64,000 nucleotides of DNA, taken from the IMG/VR virus record IMGVR_UViG_3300042870_001966. The stretch is one strand, 5' to 3'. The stretch is from a virus (lineage: Duplodnaviria > Heunggongvirae > Uroviricota > Caudoviricetes). Of the stretch, positions 48,512 to 56,465 are shown in pieces (position 1 is the first letter of the stretch; the number at the start of each line of letters is the position of its first letter). A model generated the notes under the pieces. It had not been told where the DNA came from and did not search any database. It worked only from the letters and a program-made list of their open reading frames with translations. A program made the position numbers and the translations under genes.

Positions 48512-48817
48512 TTAAGGTTTTGGAGCGTCAGCTTGTTCCGGCTGAACACTTAGTGTTTTAATTGACTTAGCAATTAACTCAGCTTCATCCAATGTAAATA
48601 TACCCTTTGACTGACAGTGATTAGCTGCGGAAATCAAAACGATTACTGAATGTTCTGGTGTTAAATTAGCTAAGAAGTTATCGTAATCAGCTTGATTAGT
48701 ATAACTGATTGAAGAAAGTAGTGTTGCAATCGGAGCAGCATCCGGCTGAACTTGGTCAGCCGGTGCACTCTTGATTTCTTCAACTACAGTCGCGGTTTGT
48801 TTTTTAGAACTTGCCAT
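48512..48817 (-). CDS. hypothetical protein
   Basis: 101 aa; GIFTLDEAELIAKSI helical C-terminus. Confidence 0.6.
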   Translation of the reverse strand: MASSKKQTATVVEEIKSAPADQVQPDAAPIATLLSSISYTNQADYDNFLANLTPEHSVIVLISAANHCQSKGIFTLDEAELIAKSIKTLSVQPEQADAPKP

Positions 48818-48836
48818 GTTTGTATGTTGTTATTTT

Positions 48837-49898
48837 TTATAGATCTTTGAATAAATCGTCTAAGTCATCTGCTTTAGCTGGAGCAGCTGGCGCAGATTTT
48901 ACTGGAGCTGGACTTTCCGTTATTGAACCAAAATCATCGTCTAATTCAATTGACATATTAGAGCTTGATGTAGCTGGCGCAGCTGGCGTATATTCCAAAG
49001 ATTCTCCCATTGGTGCTTGAGAACGATTAACTGGAGCAGAGTTAGTAAAGTGTTTCTTCATTCTCTCATCTTTAGTGTTTGCAACTAAGTTATCGATGAT
49101 TTGTTTGTAAGGAACGATTGCTTTGATAAATTCTGCAACTTTTTCATACTCATGGTCAGTCCACTCTTTTAAGAAGTATTGACTCATGTCCGGTGAGTTC
49201 TTTTTAAAGAACTCACTAGTAAATTGCATTACTTTAGGCTCATTAGATACTGCGATCTCTTTTCCTGCATGAGAGATAATCAAAGGACTAACTTCATTCA
49301 TGAATTTACTTGAACTGAAATCTCTCCATGCTTTCGTTTTACGTTTAATAACTAATACGAAGTCCTTACCAGTAGTAAGAGAGAATGGATTGATTTTTTG
49401 AGTTGTTACTAACTCATTTTCTGGATTGATCTCTTGTTGAATCAAGTTATCAATAGTGTATCCGTAAGAATAAACTTTGATTTTGCCTTCCAATTGTGGA
49501 AATTGAGGGTCTTTCTTGATGTAAACACAAGAGTAATAATTGTAGTAACGATTGAAGTACTTCTGAATTTCTTCAACAATTGAAGGTTCTTCGTTTTTCA
49601 AACGTTTTAATTCCAAGTCCAATGTCCAAAGAATTGATGATGCGCCAGTAGTAGAAGGGCAGTCAACGTACAACTTCTCATTTGTTAGAGGGTTGATAAG
49701 TTTTGCTGCGTACTTCTTGTAGCGGCTTTTACTAGGATCCGTTACCCATGGGATAAAACGGATTACTGATTTGTAGATTCCGTTCTGACCTTGGTCTGGA
49801 CCCGGATTGTACATGTTTTCGTCGACTTTGCGAGCGTTTGCTGATGATTTACCTGAGAAATCATCGAGATTGAGATTGAATAGATCTTCCATGTTCAA
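48837..49898 (-). CDS. single-stranded DNA-binding protein gp32-like
   Basis: VIRFIP, CPST, GKIKVYSYG, FSLTTGKDFVL, acidic tail DDLDDLFKDL. Confidence 0.85.
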   Translation of the reverse strand: MNMEDLFNLNLDDFSGKSSANARKVDENMYNPGPDQGQNGIYKSVIRFIPWVTDPSKSRYKKYAAKLINPLTNEKLYVDCPSTTGASSILWTLDLELKRLKNEEPSIVEEIQKYFNRYYNYYSCVYIKKDPQFPQLEGKIKVYSYGYTIDNLIQQEINPENELVTTQKINPFSLTTGKDFVLVIKRKTKAWRDFSSSKFMNEVSPLIISHAGKEIAVSNEPKVMQFTSEFFKKNSPDMSQYFLKEWTDHEYEKVAEFIKAIVPYKQIIDNLVANTKDERMKKHFTNSAPVNRSQAPMGESLEYTPAAPATSSSNMSIELDDDFGSITESPAPVKSAPAAPAKADDLDDLFKDL

Positions 49899-49918
49899 AA
49901 ATGATTTTAATTTATAGA

Positions 49919-49945
49919 ATTATACTAAATAAGTGTGAGAGGTTT
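49919..49945 (-). promoter_or_regulatory. AAAC-N16-GTATAAT promoter (class A)
   Basis: Motif match upstream of gp32-like gene. Confidence 0.7.
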
Positions 49946-49947
49946 CC

Positions 49948-49980
49948 AAAAAAATAGGGCGAGTTTTAATACCCGCCCTC
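49948..49980 (-). terminator. intrinsic terminator
   Basis: Minus strand GGGCGGGT-ATTAAA-ACTCGCCC then ATTTTTTT. Confidence 0.75.
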
Positions 49981-50003
49981 TAATGTGAACTTTTAATCTA
50001 AAA

Positions 50004-50198
50004 TTAAGCTTTTGGAGCTGTCTTAGAAGATTGAACGTGAGTTCTTCCCTCTTGGCAAGTAGCTTTAATTTCTTGAAGAAGACCACGAGTTCTAGTACCC
50101 GCAGATTTATTTCCTTTTTCGTAGAATTTAACCGCTTCTGCTTCAAGTTGAGCAACTTGGTCCTTTAATTGTGTTAACCATTCTGGTGTCATAATCAA
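50004..50198 (-). CDS. histone H1-like Hc1 family small basic protein
   Basis: KFYEKGNKSAGTRTR motif; likely start ATG 50192. Confidence 0.75.
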   Translation of the reverse strand: MIMTPEWLTQLKDQVAQLEAEAVKFYEKGNKSAGTRTRGLLQEIKATCQEGRTHVQSSKTAPKA

Positions 50199-50213
50199 TA
50201 AGTATTTTTGTAT

Positions 50214-50240
50214 CTTATATTACGAAACTTCACCCGGTTT
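50214..50240 (-). promoter_or_regulatory. AAAC-N16-ATATAAG promoter (class A)
   Basis: Motif match upstream of Hc1-like gene. Confidence 0.6.
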
Positions 50241-50246
50241 TAAATA

Positions 50247-50972
50247 TTATTGATATTTGGTTGAAAATATTGCATCTGGGAATGATTTCTTAGTAAATCG
50301 TATCCAGGTTTGCATTACTTCTTCGAATTCTGATTTAGAGATTACGCCGGAAGAAACGAAAGGCCGTAAGTATGAATTGAATTCTGAATCTATTGGGACT
50401 CTCTTTTTAACAGCAGCTGCGTGCATCCCTGAGACCATTGCTGGTATTTCATCAGGTAAAAGAAAATACTTGTAATTGTCTTGAGCACCATCTCTAACTT
50501 TTTTTGAGGTTTTTACAATGTGACCGACTTTCTTGTTTACTCCTTTTTGTAAAAGGTGCTCCAATTCGTGTCTAAGTGTATCAACTATTTTAAAGTTTAA
50601 GTCTTGGTATTTAGAAGGTTCAGCGTCAGGGCTAATGTAAATAACTAGGTCTATCTCTGGAGAGTCTGGATCAGATTCAGCTGGGATATACACGTTTGCA
50701 TCAACTACAAATCCATTCTCTTCGAAATTAATGGTTTCCCAAGGAAGTCCATTAAAATCAGTAGTTTCAGAAGGATCAAAGTCGACCACTCTAACTATTT
50801 TAACAGTTAAGTCAAATTCAATAGGTTCAGAGTAGGTAAAACTCTCAGTTTTAGGTTTGCCTATTGTTGAGCCGGCTGTTTTTTTGATAAATGAAAATAC
50901 ATCGCTCGCATAAGAAGATGATAGCGTGTCGTATTTTGATTCGTATATAAATTGACTAAATCTTTTTATCAT
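50247..50972 (-). CDS. putative zincin (HExxH) protein with capsid-targeting-like N-terminus
   Basis: MIKRFSQFIYE; TLRHELEHLLQ...PDEIPA. Confidence 0.6.
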   Translation of the reverse strand: MIKRFSQFIYESKYDTLSSSYASDVFSFIKKTAGSTIGKPKTESFTYSEPIEFDLTVKIVRVVDFDPSETTDFNGLPWETINFEENGFVVDANVYIPAESDPDSPEIDLVIYISPDAEPSKYQDLNFKIVDTLRHELEHLLQKGVNKKVGHIVKTSKKVRDGAQDNYKYFLLPDEIPAMVSGMHAAAVKKRVPIDSEFNSYLRPFVSSGVISKSEFEEVMQTWIRFTKKSFPDAIFSTKYQ

Positions 50973-51538
50973 TTCTTTAAGAAGATTACATCGAGATCAC
51001 TAGTAGATGGAATTGACTTATCGTCATAGTTAATATCAATATCTCCACGATCCTTCCCTAGTTTATCAGAAGATAGTGCTGATTTTAATTTATCGTATAT
51101 GTCTTCAGGTAAAGCCTTTGTTCCAGTAAGAGCGACTGTAATCTGTTCTTTTTTATCTGTGAAGTTGTTATCGGTGATCCATTTATCTAGATCAGCTTGA
51201 GCCAATTCATATTCTTTGTATCTCTTAACTCCACCACCGTCTGTGAATTCCGAATGCCATGACTTGTCTTTATCTAAGAATACGATTCGAGTAGAACCTG
51301 TACCAGAAGAAGCAACTGGAGCATTTGGATCGGGCGGAAGTGCTGCACTAGCAAAAGGATCAGCCATTGGATCAGGAGATGATGGTGCTGGAGCATCGGC
51401 TGGAGCATCTGCTGGTGGAGCAGGTTCAGCTGGAGTTTCGTCAGCGGGTGGTTCAACCGGTTCCGCTGCAGGCTCTGTTTCTGGATCGCCTTCTGCTTCC
51501 AATAACAGTTTAAATTTACTAAAGTTAAGTATTTCCAT
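50969..51538 (-). CDS. hypothetical protein, Pro/Ala-rich linker
   Basis: MEILNFSKFKLLLE then PAEP/PADA low-complexity segment; late promoter upstream. Confidence 0.6.
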   Translation of the reverse strand: MEILNFSKFKLLLEAEGDPETEPAAEPVEPPADETPAEPAPPADAPADAPAPSSPDPMADPFASAALPPDPNAPVASSGTGSTRIVFLDKDKSWHSEFTDGGGVKRYKEYELAQADLDKWITDNNFTDKKEQITVALTGTKALPEDIYDKLKSALSSDKLGKDRGDIDINYDDKSIPSTSDLDVIFLKK

Positions 51539-51557
51539 AATAGTCTATTTGTTACTG

Positions 51558-51566
51558 TTATTTATA
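51558..51566 (-). promoter_or_regulatory. late promoter TATAAATAA
   Basis: Canonical T4-type late box just downstream of the nrdA terminator. Confidence 0.65.
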
Positions 51567-51571
51567 AACAA

Positions 51572-51596
51572 AAATAGGAGCGCTAGGCTCCTATTT
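51572..51596 (-). terminator. intrinsic terminator after nrdA
   Basis: AAATAGGAGC-CTAGC-GCTCCTATTT then TTGTTT. Confidence 0.8.
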
Positions 51597-51617
51597 AAGT
51601 CAGTATAGTTTAAGGAT

Positions 51618-54047
51618 TTATGATCCGCAAGCTTCGCATGCATCTGGGTTATCAAGAGAACATACTATATCTTCCGCACTTGTATTAAGCGCTTCAAATA
51701 CTGGTGCAATTTGGACAGTTGGAGCAACTTTTCCAGTAGCCATATTTACTCCTAGTCCAGCAATTGCCGAACTCGCAGCTTCAGTTCTAAGATAATACAT
51801 TCCTGTCTTTAATCCGCTTTTCCAAGAATGGAAGTGAGCTGATGTTAATTTTGCAGTATTTACGTCTCTAAAGAATAAATTCAGAGATTGTGATTGACAA
51901 ATAAATTTACCACGATCAGCTGACATGTCGATGATGGTCTTTTGAGAAATTTCCCAAACTGTTTTATAAACAGCTCTTAATTCCTCTGGAATCTCAACGA
52001 TATTTTGAACAGAACCTTTTTCCAAGATTACTCGATTTCTCATAGAATCTCCCCAAAGTCCTAGTTCAGCTAGATCTCTAACTAGATGTTTATTAACTAC
52101 AATAAATTCTCCAGCTAAAGTTCGACGAGTTCCTATATTCGAAGTGAATGCCTCGAATGCTTCATTGTTACCCATGATTTGGGCAGTAGAGGCAGTTGGC
52201 ATTGGCGCAAGCAATAGAGAATTTCGGGATCCATGCTTCATAAGTTTTCTACGAAGAGCTACCCAATTCCAACGACCTGATAATTGGTCATCCGTTACTC
52301 CCCATAAGTTAAACTGAAATTGTCCTGAGCTTAATGGAGAACCTTCGTATGAGGCGTATGCCCCATCCTTCTTTGCAAGATCAATTGATGCTTCCATTGC
52401 AGCGAAGTAGATTGTTTCAAATATCTCAGAGTTTAATTTCTTTGAGGCTTCTCCGCCAAATTCAATTCCCATTATTGCAAAAGTATCAGCTAAACCTTGA
52501 ATACCTATTCCAATTGGGCGGTGTTTCTCGTTAGATGCTTTAGTTTCTGCAGTAGGGTAGAAGTTTACGTCAATTACTTTATTTAGATTTAGTGTTGTTT
52601 GATATGCTACATCATATAGAGCCTCATAGTCGTACTCACAATTAGGTTTTCTTAGTTTACCTGTACGCTTTCCGATTGTAATAAATTGATTTACTGGAAT
52701 AGACGCTAAGTTACAAACAGCCTGTTCTTCTTTTGAGGTGTACTCTATAATTTCAGTACATAAGTTAGAAGATTTGATTGTTCCTAAATTCTTTTGATTT
52801 GATTTACGATTAGCTGAATCTTTGAAAAGAATATATGGCGTGCCTGTCTCAACTTGTGATTCAAGGATTTTTTGCCATAGGGTTCTAGCCTTCATAGTAT
52901 GACGACCTTTTCCTTCAGCTTCAAGTCTTTCGTAATTACTCTCGAATTCCTCTCCGTACATTTCCCAAAGCTCGCAGTCAATTTCAGCTGGACAGAATAG
53001 TGTCCAATCGCCATCCTCTTCAACTCTCTTCATGAAAAGATCTGGTGTCCACATAGCTAAGAAAAGATCTCGAGCTCTACGCTCTTCTTTACCGTGGTTT
53101 TTACGTAAATCCAAGAAATCTTCAATATCTGCATGCCATGGCTCCAAGTAAATAGCAAAAGAGCCTTTACGTTTTCCTCCGCCTTGATCTACATAACGAG
53201 CAGTCTCATTGTAAACCTTTAGCATTGGAATAATTCCATTTGACGTACCGTTTGTTCCTTTGATATAAGAACCAGTAGCTCTAATATTTGAAACCGATAA
53301 GCCGATGCCTCCAGCATTTTGTGAAATTGCAGCTACATCAGATAGAGTTTTGTAAATTCCTGAAATTGAATCTTCATGCATAGTTAATAAGAAGCATGAA
53401 GATAATTGTGGACGTTTGGTTCCAGCGTTAAACAGGGTTGGAGTGGCATGAGTCATTTTGTGAGTTGACAGAAGCTCATACGTTTTTAATACGTTTTGAA
53501 TGTCTGTTCCCCAAATACCTACAGCTACCCTCATGTATAAATGTTGAGGAGTTTCAGCCGGCTGGCCGTATGTCTTTAATAAGTAACTACGCTCTAATGT
53601 CTTAAATCCAAAGTAGTCAAAGTTAAGATCGCGATCATGAATGATTGCTTCGTTTAGCGTATTCTTATTCTTCTGTACAGCAGCATAGGTTTCATCAGAG
53701 ATAATGCCTGCCACCTTTCCAGTCTTTGGATCTATGTAATTATATAGGTGGTCAATTGTATCACTAAATGACTTGTGGGTCGTTTTGTGCAATCGGGTAA
53801 TTGCAATTCTTGCAGCTAAGATTGAGTAGTCTGGGTGAATATGAGCTAGAGCAGCAGCAGTTTCAGCCGCGAGTAGATCAAGTTGCTGTGTGTTAATTCC
53901 ATCGTATATTCCAGATACTACTTTAGTGGCTACTTCAAGTGAGTCAACGTAGTCTGTATCCAATCCGTATGTTTGCTTTTTAATACGGTTTGTTATTTTA
54001 TCGAGCTTTAGCGTTTCGCTATGCCCATCTCTTTTTATTACCTTCAT
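51618..54047 (-). CDS. nrdA: class Ia ribonucleotide reductase alpha subunit with ATP cone
   Basis: VIKRDG ATP cone, TPTLFNAG, SSCFL, SNLCTEI, CNLAS, APMPTAST, GMYYLRT, CEACGS. Confidence 0.96.
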   Translation of the reverse strand: MKVIKRDGHSETLKLDKITNRIKKQTYGLDTDYVDSLEVATKVVSGIYDGINTQQLDLLAAETAAALAHIHPDYSILAARIAITRLHKTTHKSFSDTIDHLYNYIDPKTGKVAGIISDETYAAVQKNKNTLNEAIIHDRDLNFDYFGFKTLERSYLLKTYGQPAETPQHLYMRVAVGIWGTDIQNVLKTYELLSTHKMTHATPTLFNAGTKRPQLSSCFLLTMHEDSISGIYKTLSDVAAISQNAGGIGLSVSNIRATGSYIKGTNGTSNGIIPMLKVYNETARYVDQGGGKRKGSFAIYLEPWHADIEDFLDLRKNHGKEERRARDLFLAMWTPDLFMKRVEEDGDWTLFCPAEIDCELWEMYGEEFESNYERLEAEGKGRHTMKARTLWQKILESQVETGTPYILFKDSANRKSNQKNLGTIKSSNLCTEIIEYTSKEEQAVCNLASIPVNQFITIGKRTGKLRKPNCEYDYEALYDVAYQTTLNLNKVIDVNFYPTAETKASNEKHRPIGIGIQGLADTFAIMGIEFGGEASKKLNSEIFETIYFAAMEASIDLAKKDGAYASYEGSPLSSGQFQFNLWGVTDDQLSGRWNWVALRRKLMKHGSRNSLLLAPMPTASTAQIMGNNEAFEAFTSNIGTRRTLAGEFIVVNKHLVRDLAELGLWGDSMRNRVILEKGSVQNIVEIPEELRAVYKTVWEISQKTIIDMSADRGKFICQSQSLNLFFRDVNTAKLTSAHFHSWKSGLKTGMYYLRTEAASSAIAGLGVNMATGKVAPTVQIAPVFEALNTSAEDIVCSLDNPDACEACGS

Positions 54048-54061
54048 GTAGTTTCGTATTT

Positions 54062-55024
54062 TTAAAAGTCTGCGTCTAATGAAAATCCGGTGTTATCTCC
54101 GGTTTTTACCCCTGCTTTTTGGTATTCGCCTACTCTTTTTTCGAAAAAGTTAGTTTTTCCGTTTAGTGCGATGTTAACCATGAAGTCAAAGGGATTTATT
54201 GAATTAAATACAGGTTCACAACCTAAATCAGATAATAGTCTGTCTGTTACAAATTCTAAATACTGAGCCATCAAATCTGAATTCATGCCGATTAGTTTAA
54301 CTGGAAGAGCCTCAATTATAAACTCTTTCTCAATCTCAAGGGCAGATAATATAATTTCTTTAATTCGATCTGGTGACACTTTATCTACAATGTGATGATT
54401 GTGTAGGTGAACTGCAAAGTCTGTATGAGAACCTTCATCTCTGGAAATAAGTTCATTAGAAAAACTTAGTCCTGGCATTAGGCCTCTTTTCTTAAGCCAA
54501 AAAATAGAACAGAATGAACCTGAAAAGAATATTCCTTCAACTGCAGCAAATGCAACGAGTCTTTCTTGGAAAGTTGAGTTCTTGATCCATCTTAGTGCCC
54601 ATTCAGCTTTTTTCTGAACGGCTGGGATTGTGTCAATTGCTCGTAATAGGTGCATTTTCTCGTCTTGATCAGTAATATACGTATCGATTAACAGAGAATA
54701 TGTTTCAGAATGGATATTTTCCATCATGATTTGAAAGCCATAGAAGAATTTTGCTTCTGGATACTGGACGTCTTTTACAAAGTTCTCAGCTAAATTTTCA
54801 TTAACGATTCCGTCGCTTGCGGCAAAAAATGCCAATATATGTTTAATAAAATGGCGTTCACCATCGTTAAGGTTTTTTCTCCAGTCGACTAAGTCTGCTG
54901 CTAAGTCAATTTCCTCTGCTGTCCAAAATGACGCTTCTGACTTCTTGTAAAATTCCCAAATATCATGATGCTGAATTGGGAAGACAACGAAGCGGTTTGG
55001 ATTCTCTGTTAAAATAGGTTCCAT
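54062..55024 (-). CDS. nrdB: class Ia ribonucleotide reductase beta subunit
   Basis: [43 protein letters not shown]. Confidence 0.96.
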   Translation of the reverse strand: MEPILTENPNRFVVFPIQHHDIWEFYKKSEASFWTAEEIDLAADLVDWRKNLNDGERHFIKHILAFFAASDGIVNENLAENFVKDVQYPEAKFFYGFQIMMENIHSETYSLLIDTYITDQDEKMHLLRAIDTIPAVQKKAEWALRWIKNSTFQERLVAFAAVEGIFFSGSFCSIFWLKKRGLMPGLSFSNELISRDEGSHTDFAVHLHNHHIVDKVSPDRIKEIILSALEIEKEFIIEALPVKLIGMNSDLMAQYLEFVTDRLLSDLGCEPVFNSINPFDFMVNIALNGKTNFFEKRVGEYQKAGVKTGDNTGFSLDADF

Positions 55025-55041
55025 TTTTGTAATTTTTTTAA

Positions 55042-55179
55042 TTAAGTGTGTGTAAGTGATTGAATAATCGAATATGGTGTCGTCTGTCGGCTAATAGTGG
55101 TTGCAAAATGCTTGATATGGTTAGCCAGGTGAACAGCGAACAGTAAAATGCGTGGTATTTTAAATTTCGAGTTATCCAT
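55042..55179 (-). CDS. 45-aa small ORF upstream of nrdB
   Basis: Manual translation [45 protein letters not shown]; ATG 5 nt after TATAAATAA; fills the intergenic gap. Confidence 0.4.
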   Translation of the reverse strand: MDNSKFKIPRILLFAVHLANHIKHFATTISRQTTPYSIIQSLTHT

Positions 55180-55184
55180 CTGGA

Positions 55185-55193
55185 TTATTTATA
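55185..55193 (-). promoter_or_regulatory. late promoter TATAAATAA
   Basis: Canonical box upstream of the small ORF and nrdB. Confidence 0.55.
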
Positions 55194-55224
55194 TCGAAAC
55201 TATAATACCACGCAACTTATAAAA

Positions 55225-56406
55225 TTAGACGAATTCGAACTTTAATTGCTTTCTAATCGCATCTACTTTGTAGACTTGGATTTGGCCTGAATCGCTCACC
55301 TTGGTTCTACCTTTAAGGTGATTTACGTCAGTTGTAAAAACTGTATCTGAATCAGGTAACTCAATTTCTAAAACAAAAGTTTGTTTGTTAAGTGTGAAAT
55401 TTAATGTTTGACCTTCGATTCGGTCTTTTAGGTTTTGCCAAGTTAACTGCTCTTCTCCTACTTTCTCTAATGAATCAGTTAAAATAATTCTAGGCTCTCC
55501 TTTCTTGATTACGATATCTTTGATATAGAAATCAATTGAATCTCCGGATTTATAACCTTTACTGAATTCTTCGTAATTTGCAAATTCAGTTTTGTGTAAT
55601 AGCCCGGTAAAATAGTTTTGGAATTCAACGAACATTCCGAAATCATAAGGTTTGTTAGTTAAAATACCTGTGTACTTTTCTCCAAATTTAAGTTCGTGAA
55701 CTCTTTGAGGTAAAGTTTGTTTAATATATTTCTTGTATGAAACAATGAATAGATCATTTGTTTGATCGTAGTTCTCAATCATTACTGGAATCTCTTTATT
55801 CAAGTATTCATTGAAGTCTCGAATAACGTTTGCAGCAGCATGTGATCCAGGTAGGAAACATTTAACTGTTCCTTTATACAGTGCAAGGTAACCTCCTTTA
55901 ACTAGGTTAGTAACCTTAACATAGAACCATTTTTCTTCTTTTAAGAACTCGTTAAGATCGTCTCGGTAAGAAAGAGCAGCGCAACGTTTTTCTGATCCTA
56001 AATAATCGCCGGCATCGGCTTTGTAGATAACAACTTTGAACTTTGCACTTGTTTCATTCTGTAATAACAAAGAAGGCTCTTCGCTAAATTCTCTAAATGG
56101 AACAAAGATAGTAGACAAGGAATCATCATCTTGAACTTCGATTTGTTTGTTTTCAAAATCAATTTTCTTGGCAGTTACTTTACAAACATGACCTATTTCA
56201 AAGTCTTTATTTGCGGTTGCGCCGAATGTATTTGATGAATAGTACTTGTCGTAAAGCTCTTGGGCATAAGGTTCTTTACAGAAAATCTTTAAGCCCGCTT
56301 TTTTATCCGCTGGAGTTAATTTAATGCTTTTGTTTACTCGGGAATTTCCCTGGCTAAACAGTAAGTCAAAATCAATAACTTCTTGGACGTTTTCGTTTTT
56401 TTGCAT
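55225..56406 (-). CDS. ribosomal protein bS1-like multi-S1-domain protein
   Basis: VKVTNLVKGGYLA...CFLPGSH; GEKYTGILTNKPYDFGMFVEF...GLLHKTE S1 repeats. Confidence 0.75.
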   Translation of the reverse strand: MQKNENVQEVIDFDLLFSQGNSRVNKSIKLTPADKKAGLKIFCKEPYAQELYDKYYSSNTFGATANKDFEIGHVCKVTAKKIDFENKQIEVQDDDSLSTIFVPFREFSEEPSLLLQNETSAKFKVVIYKADAGDYLGSEKRCAALSYRDDLNEFLKEEKWFYVKVTNLVKGGYLALYKGTVKCFLPGSHAAANVIRDFNEYLNKEIPVMIENYDQTNDLFIVSYKKYIKQTLPQRVHELKFGEKYTGILTNKPYDFGMFVEFQNYFTGLLHKTEFANYEEFSKGYKSGDSIDFYIKDIVIKKGEPRIILTDSLEKVGEEQLTWQNLKDRIEGQTLNFTLNKQTFVLEIELPDSDTVFTTDVNHLKGRTKVSDSGQIQVYKVDAIRKQLKFEFV

Positions 56407-56438
56407 GTTTTTGTTAGATTAAAAAAGTTAACTAATAA

Positions 56439-56465
56439 ATTATACACAGAAACTGCCTAGAGTTT
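56439..56465 (-). promoter_or_regulatory. AAAC-N16-GTATAAT promoter (class A)
   Basis: Motif match upstream of bS1-like gene. Confidence 0.7.

Noticed and set aside
51618-54047. Intein or intron in nrdA or uvsW
   Set aside because: Lengths and motif spacing are normal and no splice-junction or LAGLIDADG/HNH motifs were seen.
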